Shown here: positions 26,540-35,478 of the stretch, in pieces
Layout of the letters: every line of letters starts with the position of its first letter
How positions within the stretch are numbered: position 1 is the first letter of the stretch
Assembly (NCBI GenBank): GCA_026996795.1
Contig: JALWKC010000089.1
Coordinates: 1-59,302 of the forward strand
Source: Lysobacterales bacterium
GTDB lineage: Bacteria; Pseudomonadota; Gammaproteobacteria; Xanthomonadales; Marinicellaceae
Direction: 5' to 3'
Length of the DNA stretch: 59,302 bases
The notes under the pieces: generated by a model
Databases searched by the model: none
What the model was told of the DNA's origin: nothing
Seen by the model: only the letters and a program-made list of their open reading frames with translations
Translations under genes and position numbers: made by a program

Positions 26540-27865
26540 CTAGCTGGCTTGCCGGGGCAGGAATTCCGGCGGGATTTCGTGTTCATGGTGAAAGTCCAGC
26601 ACGTCTTTTTCTTCAGCGGTGGAAGTGGGCACCACCTTGTTTCGCAACAAGTGAACTACGTGATCACCGGCCCATTCCTTTTCATTGGCCAGCCAGTTAA
26701 AGGCCACCCGGCTTTCGGTGACTTCCCCCACGCATTCGAAGGGTTTAATGCCTCGCACCCCCAGCAGTTCTTCATAACCGGGCAGCTGGCGGGGGTCATC
26801 CAGCAGATTGTGGCCAAAAATCTGCAGCAAGCGGGCCTTATCCACAAACGGCGCCAGACCCAGGAACACAAACCGGCACTTGGGACAATCGCCACACCAG
26901 AGCTTGTCGCCATTGCGGCTGCCGCCCAGGTGAAAATTGCGGTTGCAGCTGGTGAAGGTGTCAAAGTATTGGGGGTACTGGCTGAAGCGTTTCAGAATGG
27001 CCAGTTCCGACCACGGGCGTTGCAGGGAAAAATAATGCAGATCGGGGCTGATGGTGCGCTTGATCTGAGCCTGAAAGTCGCGCTCGAAAGCCAGGCTTTT
27101 GGAATATTGGTGATTCACCGGCTGGCCATCGGCGTTAATGGTGCTGTGGCATTCAGCCGAACGCTCGTTGGAAAACACAATGCTGTCATAACCATGCAGC
27201 AAGGCCGCCACTACCGCAATGGCTGAATTGATGGCCGTGACCGGAACGTGGCCGTTGAAAAATGCGTCCGGTGGCGCGTTCACGAGTTTGTCGTCTAGCT
27301 GACGCAACACCTGATACACCGACACGCCGGTTTTGGCCGCAGCTCGCAGGATCACCGGCGATTGGCCCACCACAAACAGGCGCATGGGTTTGTTGCGCTT
27401 TATGAGTTCTTCCACCGTCACAATGGAATCCTTGCCGCCACCAAAGGGCACCAGTGAACGGTGCGGCAGGCGCAGGTGCCAGTTATCGGGGATGGCCGCT
27501 TGCGCATCAAAATGCAGCCTGTCTGTCAACGAGACCTGGTGACCATAGGCCAGCTCGGCCAGCCCATGCAGCCAGGTGTTGCGGAGAAATTCAGCCGTCT
27601 TGCTGTCAGGTTTCTGACCCCGCGACAGCACTTTTTCCGGCAGCCCCATTTTGGCGTAGCTGACACCGGCCAACCAATGCAACAGGCGGCAGGCAGCCTT
27701 CAGCGCCTGGCGATGCGGTTCGTCCTTTGGCAGCTCAAAAGCGGGAAAACTCAACACTTCAGTCATTTCGCCCAGCCCCTGCACGTGATACGACAGCTGC
27801 AAGGTGGCATCGGCGGGCTTCAAACGCCAGTGGCCGAAGTGAAATTCCTGGTGAAATTCGGGCAT
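26540..27865 (-). CDS. PP-loop (GGGKDS) ATP-pyrophosphatase-like protein; candidate MurL (UDP-MurNAc-L-Ala-L-Glu epimerase)
   Basis: 441 aa. FGGGKDS at residues 141-147 resembles the SGGxDS PP-loop. A Cys cluster (CGDCPKCRF) is present. It lies directly upstream of the stand-alone MurD-like gene. Confidence 0.5.
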   Translation of the reverse strand: MPEFHQEFHFGHWRLKPADATLQLSYHVQGLGEMTEVLSFPAFELPKDEPHRQALKAACRLLHWLAGVSYAKMGLPEKVLSRGQKPDSKTAEFLRNTWLHGLAELAYGHQVSLTDRLHFDAQAAIPDNWHLRLPHRSLVPFGGGKDSIVTVEELIKRNKPMRLFVVGQSPVILRAAAKTGVSVYQVLRQLDDKLVNAPPDAFFNGHVPVTAINSAIAVVAALLHGYDSIVFSNERSAECHSTINADGQPVNHQYSKSLAFERDFQAQIKRTISPDLHYFSLQRPWSELAILKRFSQYPQYFDTFTSCNRNFHLGGSRNGDKLWCGDCPKCRFVFLGLAPFVDKARLLQIFGHNLLDDPRQLPGYEELLGVRGIKPFECVGEVTESRVAFNWLANEKEWAGDHVVHLLRNKVVPTSTAEEKDVLDFHHEHEIPPEFLPRQAS

Positions 27866-27871
27866 GAAGCG

Positions 27872-27880
27872 ATTGTATCA
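27872..27880 (-). promoter_or_regulatory. Extended -10 element TGATACAAT, 6 nt upstream of the murL-like ATG
   Basis: Minus strand reads TGATACAAT-CGCTTC-ATG. There is no Shine-Dalgarno. The spacing would place the transcription start on the A of the ATG, giving a leaderless mRNA. Confidence 0.3.
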
Positions 27881-27884
27881 CGCA

Positions 27885-27910
27885 TAAAAAAGCCCCCGCA
27901 GAACGGGGGC
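27885..27910 (-). terminator. Rho-independent terminator of the glycine-zipper gene
   Basis: Minus strand reads GCCCCCG-TTCTG-CGGGGGC followed by TTTTTTAT, about 50 nt past the stop at 27960. Confidence 0.7.
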
Positions 27911-27959
27911 AAGGCTTGTACCATCACGAACAAGCCAGGGAGGAGAAAGTGAAACGGGT

Positions 27960-28583
27960 TTATTCGGCCACACTCAGGTCCACACGCAGGCGAATGCGGT
28001 CGCCGGGGTGGTGATCCAGCCGCGTGCGGCGCAAGCGGCCTTCAAATTCGTACGCCACGTCGTAGGCGACAATGCGCTCTTCTTCCACCACATCGCGCTC
28101 AATGCGACAGCGGGTGCGATAGCGCACCGGTGTCGTGCGGGCATAACGATCTCTTTCGTAACGGTCATAGCGGTCATGGCCATAGCGTCTGTGGCTGGAA
28201 CCGGCTTGCGCCCCCACCACCGAACCAAGTACCGCCCCGGCAAAAGTGGCCGCATCCCGGCCATTGCCTTTGCCGAAACGGTTACCGATGGCCCCACCAA
28301 TGACTGCGCCGAGCAAAGCCCCACCGGGATTGCCATGGCGTCGATGCTGGCGGTCATAACGCGAACGGTGACGGTCGCGGTAGACCGGCTCGTCCCAACA
28401 CACTTCACGCGGCTGTTCGTGCCGAACGGTGCGATAGATCGGCTGCACATCCACCACCGGCGCATAAATAACATCGCGCTGGTAATGCCTGGCCGATGCG
28501 CTGAACGAGGCCAGTGACAAAACTGCGGCCAGCATAACCGGCGTGGTGCGAATGCGTGATTGTTCTGATCTGTGGGTAAACAT
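27960..28583 (-). CDS. Glycine-zipper (Rick_17kDa_Anti-like) exported protein with Arg/His/Tyr/Asp-rich segments
   Basis: Trimmed to ATG 28583 (GGGAG Shine-Dalgarno). Signal-like VMLAAVLSLASFSASA. Gly-zipper GALLGAVIGGAIGNRFG...FAGAVLGSVVGAQAG. Confidence 0.7.
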   Translation of the reverse strand: MFTHRSEQSRIRTTPVMLAAVLSLASFSASARHYQRDVIYAPVVDVQPIYRTVRHEQPREVCWDEPVYRDRHRSRYDRQHRRHGNPGGALLGAVIGGAIGNRFGKGNGRDAATFAGAVLGSVVGAQAGSSHRRYGHDRYDRYERDRYARTTPVRYRTRCRIERDVVEEERIVAYDVAYEFEGRLRRTRLDHHPGDRIRLRVDLSVAE

Positions 28584-28710
28584 GATCTTGGCTCCCGGCC
28601 CGTTTGAGGCCACTGTTTAACTTGAAGCCAAGTTTAGCCAACCGTCAATGAATAAAAGCTGAATAATGAAAAAGCGGATTGACCCTATTTACTACAGGAT
28701 GAATTGATCA

Positions 28711-28878
28711 CTAGGGAAGCTCTGATTGAATCTGGCGCAAGCAGATTGTCGTGAAAAATTGTTCAGTTCAAGGCGTAAGCCGCACGCAATAGCAAGCTAT
28801 TGTGAAGGTTTGCAACACAGAAATGGACGATTTTACGCCGCGAGATGCCTGGTCACGATTCGATCAGAGTTTCCCTAG
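28711..28878 (+). mobile_element. MITE-like repeat, subfamily B, copy 3 (168 bp, perfect CTAG/CTAG flanks)
   Basis: CTAG-GGAAGCTCTGATTGAATC ... GATTCGATCAGAGTTTCC-CTAG. Lies between the glycine-zipper gene and selD. Confidence 0.88.
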
Positions 28879-28991
28879 TGAAAAGGCTCTTCCCCTGATT
28901 TGACTCTTTCCAAAATTAACATCTTCTATGGAGAAGCCGCATTTGCCTTATAATTCCCTCCGTTCCAGCCAACGCAGCGAGTCGTTATTCC

Positions 28992-30014
28992 ATGACAGTC
29001 AAACTCACCGAATACTCCCATGGCGCCGGTTGCGGCTGCAAGATCAGTCCGGCGGATCTGGAAGTGATTCTGAAAACGCAGCTCCCCGAGCAACCCGATG
29101 CGCGTTTGCTAGTGGGCAACCACAGTCGCGACGATGCGGCCGTGTATGACATAGGCAACGGTCAGGCGGTGGTTTCCACCACGGACTTTTTCATGCCCAT
29201 TGTGGACGACCCACACACTTTTGGCCGCATTGCCGCCACCAATGCCATCAGCGACGTGTATGCCATGGGCGGCAAGCCGGTGATGGCCATCGCCATTCTC
29301 GGCTGGCCACTAGACAAGCTGCCACCGGAAGTGGCCCAACAGGTGATTGAAGGTGGCCGCAGCGCCTGTGCCGATGCCGGTATTGTGCTGGCCGGCGGCC
29401 ACAGCATTGATGCGCCGGAACCGATTTTTGGCCTGGCCGTAACTGGCCTGGTGGATGTGGACCGGGTCAAGAAAAACAACACGGCGCAGGCCGATGATGT
29501 GCTATTTCTGACCAAGCCGCTGGGCATTGGCATTCTGACCACGGCCCAGAAGCAGAAGAAACTGAAAAAACAACACGAACACCTGGCACCGGCCCTCATG
29601 TGTCAGCTGAATGATTTTGGCGCCATCGCCGGCGCACAGCCCTGGGTGCATGCCATGACCGACGTGACGGGGTTTGCCCTGGCCGGTCACCTGCTGGAAA
29701 TGTGCGAAGGCAGCCACAAGGGCGCGGCCATTGTCTTTGATGACATTCCGGTGATTCCCGAAGCACGCGATTACGCCGAACAAGGCTGTATCCCCGGCGG
29801 CACCGGACGCAATTTTGCCGCCTACGGCCACAAGCTGCCGGCGCTCACCGACTGGCAGAAAACCCTGCTGTGCGACCCGCAAACCTCCGGTGGCCTGCTG
29901 ATTGCCGTGGACCCGGCCCATGCCGACGAATTCCGTCAACTGGTGGCTCAACATGGCATCATTGCCCAGGCTCTGGGTCGCATTCGCGAACAAACCGGCA
30001 TCGAACTGGTGTAA
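28992..30014 (+). CDS. selD: Selenide, water dikinase (selenophosphate synthetase), Cys-type
   Basis: 340 aa. [20 protein letters not shown] matches the SelD N-terminal active site with Cys rather than Sec. Confidence 0.93.
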   Translation: MTVKLTEYSHGAGCGCKISPADLEVILKTQLPEQPDARLLVGNHSRDDAAVYDIGNGQAVVSTTDFFMPIVDDPHTFGRIAATNAISDVYAMGGKPVMAIAILGWPLDKLPPEVAQQVIEGGRSACADAGIVLAGGHSIDAPEPIFGLAVTGLVDVDRVKKNNTAQADDVLFLTKPLGIGILTTAQKQKKLKKQHEHLAPALMCQLNDFGAIAGAQPWVHAMTDVTGFALAGHLLEMCEGSHKGAAIVFDDIPVIPEARDYAEQGCIPGGTGRNFAAYGHKLPALTDWQKTLLCDPQTSGGLLIAVDPAHADEFRQLVAQHGIIAQALGRIREQTGIELV

Positions 30015-31126
30015 TGAAACGTCCGGATACCAGCGATTACGCCAGGCTCTTTCTCAACGACACACCACTACTGGATGTGCGCGCACCGGTGGAGTTTGCC
30101 AAAGGCGCTTTTCCCCAGGCGGTGAACCGGCCCTTGATGAACGACAGCGAAAGGCAGCAGGTGGGCATCCGTTACAAGCAGGCCGGACAGGACGCCGCCA
30201 TCGCATTGGGGCACGAACTGGTTAGCGGGAAAAAAAAGCAACAACGGCTGGATCAGTGGTTGGCATTCGCGCGCCAGCACCCGGAGGGCTACTTGTACTG
30301 TTTTCGCGGCGGTCTGCGTTCGAGCACGGTGCAGCACTGGCTGCGTGAAGCCGGCTGTGACTACCCGCTGGTGCGTGGCGGCTACAAAGCCATGCGGCGT
30401 TTTCTGCTGCAGGAACTGGAAAAACCGGCCCCCATGCTGCGGCTGGCCGGTGAAACCGGCACCGGCAAGACCGAACTGCTGAAACAACTGATGGCCGAAG
30501 GCCACCCGGGCGTGGATCTGGAAGGGCTGGCCAATCACAAGGGTTCCTCTTTTGGCCGTTCGCCGGAGGACCACCAGCCCACGCCGATCAATTTTGAAAA
30601 CGCCCTTGCCATCGACTGGCTGAAAGCCCGCCAGGCCCTCGAAACCCACGCCCAAGGGCAACGCATTCTGGTGGAAGACGAAGGCCGTGCCATTGGCCGC
30701 CTGGCGCAACCGCTGGGGTTCTTTGAACACTTACGCCAGCAACCGTTGGTTATCCTGACTGCGCCGTTTGCAGAACGCGTAGACCGCATTTATGCCGAAT
30801 ACGTGCAACAACAGGGCCAGAACTACCGCAAGCTCTATGGCGAGTACGGGCAGGAAAAACACCGCCAGGCCATGCTGGATGCGCTGGATCGCATTCGCAA
30901 GCGCCTGGGCGGAGCGCGGCACCAGGCCATTCGTGACAGCATGTCACAAGCGTTTCAAAAAGACTCTGATATACTCCACCGGCAATGGATTGGCGCGCTG
31001 CTGCGGGATTATTACGACCCCATGTACGCCTACCAGTTGAGCCGCAAAGACTGCCCGGTGCTGTTTACCGGCAGCGCCGATGAAATTCGCGAATTTTTGA
31101 ACCAACCCACTCAGGCATTGACTTGA
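30014..31126 (+). CDS. selU: tRNA 2-selenouridine synthase
   Basis: Trimmed to ATG 30014, which overlaps the selD stop as TAATG. Rhodanese N-terminus LLDVRAPVEFAKGAFPQAVNRPLMND plus P-loop GETGTGKT. Confidence 0.9.
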   Translation: MKRPDTSDYARLFLNDTPLLDVRAPVEFAKGAFPQAVNRPLMNDSERQQVGIRYKQAGQDAAIALGHELVSGKKKQQRLDQWLAFARQHPEGYLYCFRGGLRSSTVQHWLREAGCDYPLVRGGYKAMRRFLLQELEKPAPMLRLAGETGTGKTELLKQLMAEGHPGVDLEGLANHKGSSFGRSPEDHQPTPINFENALAIDWLKARQALETHAQGQRILVEDEGRAIGRLAQPLGFFEHLRQQPLVILTAPFAERVDRIYAEYVQQQGQNYRKLYGEYGQEKHRQAMLDALDRIRKRLGGARHQAIRDSMSQAFQKDSDILHRQWIGALLRDYYDPMYAYQLSRKDCPVLFTGSADEIREFLNQPTQALT

Positions 31127-31131
31127 TTTTC

Positions 31132-33717
31132 ATGGATAGCGCCAACCCTTCCCGATCCAACCCAGACCTGCCACCGGAACCACCGGCCAAAGCCCACAAA
31201 CGGTGTCACCGGCTGCTGCGCGTGCTGTGGTTCTTCTTTCGCCTGGGCGTGTTTTTCGCCCTGCTGGGCGTGCTGGCCCTGTACATCACCTACCGCATCA
31301 TGGAACCGGATCTGCCCAAGGTGGAAAGCATCCGGCAGTACAAGCTGACCGTGCCCCTGCGGGTGTATTCGGCCGACGGCAAGCTCATGGCCACTTTTGG
31401 CACCCGCAAGCGCATGCCGGTGGGCATCGACGAAATGCCCGAGCACCTGAAAAACGCCTTTATTGCCGGCGAAGACGCCAATTTCTACTCGCACCCGGGC
31501 TTCGACATCAAGGGCATCAGCCGCGCCGTATGGGAGATCATCACTACCGGCCACAAGAAGTCCGGCGGCAGCACCATCACCCAGCAGCTCACGCGCAACG
31601 TGTTTCTGACCCTGGACCAAACCTTTTCGCGCAAGCTCAAGGAGCTTTTTCTCGCCATCAAGCTGGAAAACACCATCAGCAAGGACGAAATCCTGGAGCT
31701 GTATCTGAACAAGATCTTTCTGGGCCATCGTGCCTATGGCGTGGCCGCCGCTGCCGATGTGTATTACGGCAAGAAACTCGCCGAACTGACCTTGCCCGAA
31801 GCGGCCATGCTGGCGGCCCTGCCCAAGGCCCCGTCACGCATCAACCCGGTCACCAGCCCGGAACGGGCCCTGCAACGACGCAATTACGTGCTCAGCCGCA
31901 TGTTCACACTGGACATGATCAGCAAAGACCAGTACCAACAGGCCATTGCCACGCCGGACACGGCCTTTGTGCATGAGCCGGCGGTGGAACTCAGCGCCCC
32001 GTGGGTGGCTGAAATGGTTCGCGATGCACTCGTCAAACGCTTTGGCGACGCAGCCTATACCGGCGGCTACGTGGTTCGCACCACCATTTTGTCACCCTTG
32101 CAAAGCGCTGCTGAACAAGCCCTGCGCAACGGTTTGCATGCCTACGACGAACGCCATGGCTGGCGGGGTGCGGTGCAGCATTTTGACCTGGAGCAGCCAG
32201 AACAGGCCCAAAAAGCCCACGAAACACTGGAAAATTTGCCAGCACCCGGCGGCTTGCAGAGTGCGCTGGTGACGCAAGTGGACAAGGACTTTGCCTTGCT
32301 GCAACTGGCCGATGGTCAGGACGTGGAAATCACCTTGGACGACAGCCAGTGGGCCGCCAAGTATGAAGACAATGACCACAAAGGCAAACAGCCCGAAAGC
32401 ATGGGCGATATCCTGAGTCCAGGGGACATTGTCATGTTGCGTCGCAATGCCGAAGGTCGCTTCGTGCTGGCGCAGGTGCCCCAGGTGCAAGGCGCCCTAA
32501 GTTCACTGGATCCGGACACCGGCGCCATCCGCGCCCTGGTGGGCGGATACGACTTCCGCCTGAGCAAGTTCAACCGTGCGACTCAGGCCAAGCGCCAACC
32601 GGGATCGGGCTTCAAACCGTTGATCTATTCCGCCGCGCTGGATGCCGGCCTGACACCAGCGACACTCATCAACGACGCCCCGGTGGTTTTTGAAGACGAC
32701 AAACTGGAGCGCGTCTGGCGCCCGGAAAATTACAGCCAGAAATTTTATGGCCCCACACGCCTGCGCGAAGGGCTGGTCAATTCGCGCAACCTGGTGTCCA
32801 TTCGCGTGCTGGACCAGATCGGCATCCGCTATGGCCGCAAACACGTGCTCAAATTCGGCTTTGACCCGGCCGACGTGCCGGCTGATTTGTCCCTGGCCCT
32901 GGGCAGCGCCACGGTGCCACCGCTGGCCATGAGCCGCGCCTTTGCCGCCTTTGCCAATGGTGGCTTTCTGATCGAACCGTACCTGATTGAACGCATTGAA
33001 GACAGCGAAGGCCAGGTGATCGAATACCACCAGCCGTTAGTGGCCTGCGAAAACTGCCCGCCCGAACGGCCGCAAGAACAAGAAGAGGTTCCGGAGGAAT
33101 CTGCTGAGGGCAGCACCGAACCGGATCAACCAATCGCCGGAACCCCAGAGGCGCAAGACACGCCTGAAAAAGCCCCTCGGCCCGTGGAGCCTCCCGAAGC
33201 CAAACGCGCTCCGCGTATTATCAGTGCGGCCAACCAGTTCATCATCGAATCGTTCATGCAGGACGTCATCAAACGGGGCACTGGCCGCAAAGCCATGAGC
33301 CTGGGCAGGCATGACCTGGCGGGCAAAACCGGCACCGCCAACGAACAGCGCGATGCCTGGTTCAACGGCTACCAACGACACTTGGTGAGCAATGTGTGGG
33401 TGGGCTTCGACACCCCCACGCCCCTGGGCCGGGGCGAAGTGGGCGGCCGCGCTGCCTTGCCCATCTGGGTCGAATACATGAAAACCGCTCTGAAAAACCA
33501 GCCGGAATGGAAACGGCCCATTCCGCCCGGTGTGGTTACCGCTTGGATTGACAAGACCACTGGCACCCTGAGTGATTCATCCAATCCCAATGCCATACTG
33601 GAGTATTTCATGGCCGGGCACCTGCCACCGGCAGCTGACGAATCCAGTGAATCGGGCAATTTGTCCCGCCAGAGCGAGGAACTGGACAATGAAGAAACCC
33701 TGGATGATTTATTCTGA
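31132..33717 (+). CDS. mrcA: Penicillin-binding protein 1A (bifunctional transglycosylase/transpeptidase)
   Basis: TM anchor, GT51 motifs (EDANFYSHPGFD, GGSTITQQL) and transpeptidase SGFKP. I prefer ATG 31132 to the track's TTG 31123. Confidence 0.9.
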   Translation: MDSANPSRSNPDLPPEPPAKAHKRCHRLLRVLWFFFRLGVFFALLGVLALYITYRIMEPDLPKVESIRQYKLTVPLRVYSADGKLMATFGTRKRMPVGIDEMPEHLKNAFIAGEDANFYSHPGFDIKGISRAVWEIITTGHKKSGGSTITQQLTRNVFLTLDQTFSRKLKELFLAIKLENTISKDEILELYLNKIFLGHRAYGVAAAADVYYGKKLAELTLPEAAMLAALPKAPSRINPVTSPERALQRRNYVLSRMFTLDMISKDQYQQAIATPDTAFVHEPAVELSAPWVAEMVRDALVKRFGDAAYTGGYVVRTTILSPLQSAAEQALRNGLHAYDERHGWRGAVQHFDLEQPEQAQKAHETLENLPAPGGLQSALVTQVDKDFALLQLADGQDVEITLDDSQWAAKYEDNDHKGKQPESMGDILSPGDIVMLRRNAEGRFVLAQVPQVQGALSSLDPDTGAIRALVGGYDFRLSKFNRATQAKRQPGSGFKPLIYSAALDAGLTPATLINDAPVVFEDDKLERVWRPENYSQKFYGPTRLREGLVNSRNLVSIRVLDQIGIRYGRKHVLKFGFDPADVPADLSLALGSATVPPLAMSRAFAAFANGGFLIEPYLIERIEDSEGQVIEYHQPLVACENCPPERPQEQEEVPEESAEGSTEPDQPIAGTPEAQDTPEKAPRPVEPPEAKRAPRIISAANQFIIESFMQDVIKRGTGRKAMSLGRHDLAGKTGTANEQRDAWFNGYQRHLVSNVWVGFDTPTPLGRGEVGGRAALPIWVEYMKTALKNQPEWKRPIPPGVVTAWIDKTTGTLSDSSNPNAILEYFMAGHLPPAADESSESGNLSRQSEELDNEETLDDLF

Positions 33718-33738
33718 GCCAGATGGAAGTCTCTGCTG

Positions 33739-34338
33739 ATGCCAGCACGCCCTGAACCCACGCTGATTCTGGCCTCCTCCTCGCCCTATCGACAGGTATT
33801 GCTGCAACGTCTGGGGCTGGACTTCACCGCCCTGGCTCCAGACATTGATGAAAGCCCCGCCAGTGACGAAACCCCGGAACAACTGGTGCAACGCCTGGCC
33901 CGGCAAAAGGCCAGGCGCATTGCCAGCGATTACCCACAGGCCATCGTCATTGGCAGCGACCAGGTGGCCGTGCACAACGGACTGGTGCTGGGCAAGGCAG
34001 GCTCCCCGGAAGCCGCTGCCGCACAATTGCGGCAACTGTCTGGTCAAACGGTGGATTTCCTCACCGCCGTGTGCGTACTGGCACCAACCGAAGCCCAGCC
34101 CTTGCAGCACATTGACCGCACCCGCGTCCACTTTCGACCTTTGACAACGGCGGAGATCACCGCCTATCTGGAAAAAGACCAGGCCTGGGATTGTGCCGGC
34201 AGTTTCAAGGTAGAATCTCTGGGCGTGTGCCTGTTTGACCGCATCGAAAATGACGACCCGACGGCATTGCAAGGCCTGCCCCTGATCCGTTTGTGTGATT
34301 TTTTGCGCCGGCTTGGGGTCAATCCCATCAAAAACTGA
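33739..34338 (+). CDS. yceF: Maf-family pyrophosphatase, YceF type
   Basis: 199 aa. LILASSSPYRQVLLQRLGL and ...CAGSFKVESLG... closely parallel E. coli YceF. Confidence 0.85.
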   Translation: MPARPEPTLILASSSPYRQVLLQRLGLDFTALAPDIDESPASDETPEQLVQRLARQKARRIASDYPQAIVIGSDQVAVHNGLVLGKAGSPEAAAAQLRQLSGQTVDFLTAVCVLAPTEAQPLQHIDRTRVHFRPLTTAEITAYLEKDQAWDCAGSFKVESLGVCLFDRIENDDPTALQGLPLIRLCDFLRRLGVNPIKN

Positions 34339-34373
34339 AGGCAATCACACGCACAACCCAGCTAACCCTTTTG

Positions 34374-35468
34374 ATGCGGTGGATCGCAAGCTGGAGAAAA
34401 TACGCTAACCCGATGCCACCACCAGAAAAAACCATGACCCATTCCAACCAGCAAAACTCGCCCCCGCCGGATACCAAGAGGCAAAACACGTCCGTCTCTC
34501 CTTCCTTGAGCGGCACAAACACTGAGCCGACCATCAGCCCTTTATCGGCCAGCGAAGCCAGCACCCGGCTGAAGCAGGCGGTTGAGGCCGTCAGCAAAAA
34601 GCTGTTCGACAAACAGCCACAAATCCGGCTGGCCTTTGCCTGCCTGCTGGCCGAAGGCCATTTGCTCATCGAAGACCGCCCCGGCCTGGGCAAAACCACG
34701 CTGGCGCTGGCCATGGCCCAGGCCCTGGGGCTGGATCACAAGCGCATCCAGTTCACCAGCGACATGTTGCCCAGCGACATTCTCGGTGTTTCCATTTATC
34801 ACCGCGAAAACGAACAGTTTGTTTTTCATAAAGGCCCGATTTTTACCCAGTTACTGCTGGCCGATGAGCTAAATCGAGGCACGCCGCGCACCCAGAGTGC
34901 CCTGCTGGAAGCCATGGCGGAACGGCAGGTGAGCGTGGACGGCACCACCTGGCCTCTGCAAAAACCGTTTTTTGTCATTGGCACGCAAAACCCGCTGGAT
35001 GAATCCGGCACCTTTCCCCTGCCCGACTCCCAGCTTGACCGTTTCAGCCTCAGCATCAGCCTTGGCTATCCCAGCCGGGCGGCCGAGAAACGGCTGTATC
35101 AACCTGAACACCTGCTGGCCATGAAACAGCCACTGGAACCGGTGCTGAACGGCGCTGACTTGCTGACCGCTCAACGACTGGCAGCGAAAGTCCATGCCGA
35201 AGAAACACTGGTGGATTACCTGCAGGATCTGCTCCTGGCCAGCCGTGAACACAGTGACATCATCACCGGCTTGTCCCCACGCGCCGGCCTGGCCCTGTTC
35301 CGCGTCGCCCAGGCGCTGGCGTTTCTGGATCAGCGCCATTACCTGGTGCCAGAAGACGTGCAGGACGCCTTTGTGCCAGTGGCGCGTCATCGACTGGCCA
35401 GCCGCAGTGGCCAACACAAGGGAGAACAGCTGGCCCGGGGCATTCTGCACAATACCCCGCTGCGCTGA
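34374..35468 (+). CDS. MoxR-family AAA+ ATPase
   Basis: Walker A GRPGLGKTTLA, Walker B LLADELNR, and the AAA_3 layout. The start is uncertain; candidates are ATG 34374, 34413 and 34434. Confidence 0.85.
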   Translation: MRWIASWRKYANPMPPPEKTMTHSNQQNSPPPDTKRQNTSVSPSLSGTNTEPTISPLSASEASTRLKQAVEAVSKKLFDKQPQIRLAFACLLAEGHLLIEDRPGLGKTTLALAMAQALGLDHKRIQFTSDMLPSDILGVSIYHRENEQFVFHKGPIFTQLLLADELNRGTPRTQSALLEAMAERQVSVDGTTWPLQKPFFVIGTQNPLDESGTFPLPDSQLDRFSLSISLGYPSRAAEKRLYQPEHLLAMKQPLEPVLNGADLLTAQRLAAKVHAEETLVDYLQDLLLASREHSDIITGLSPRAGLALFRVAQALAFLDQRHYLVPEDVQDAFVPVARHRLASRSGQHKGEQLARGILHNTPLR

Positions 35469-35478
35469 TTTGAGTCTC

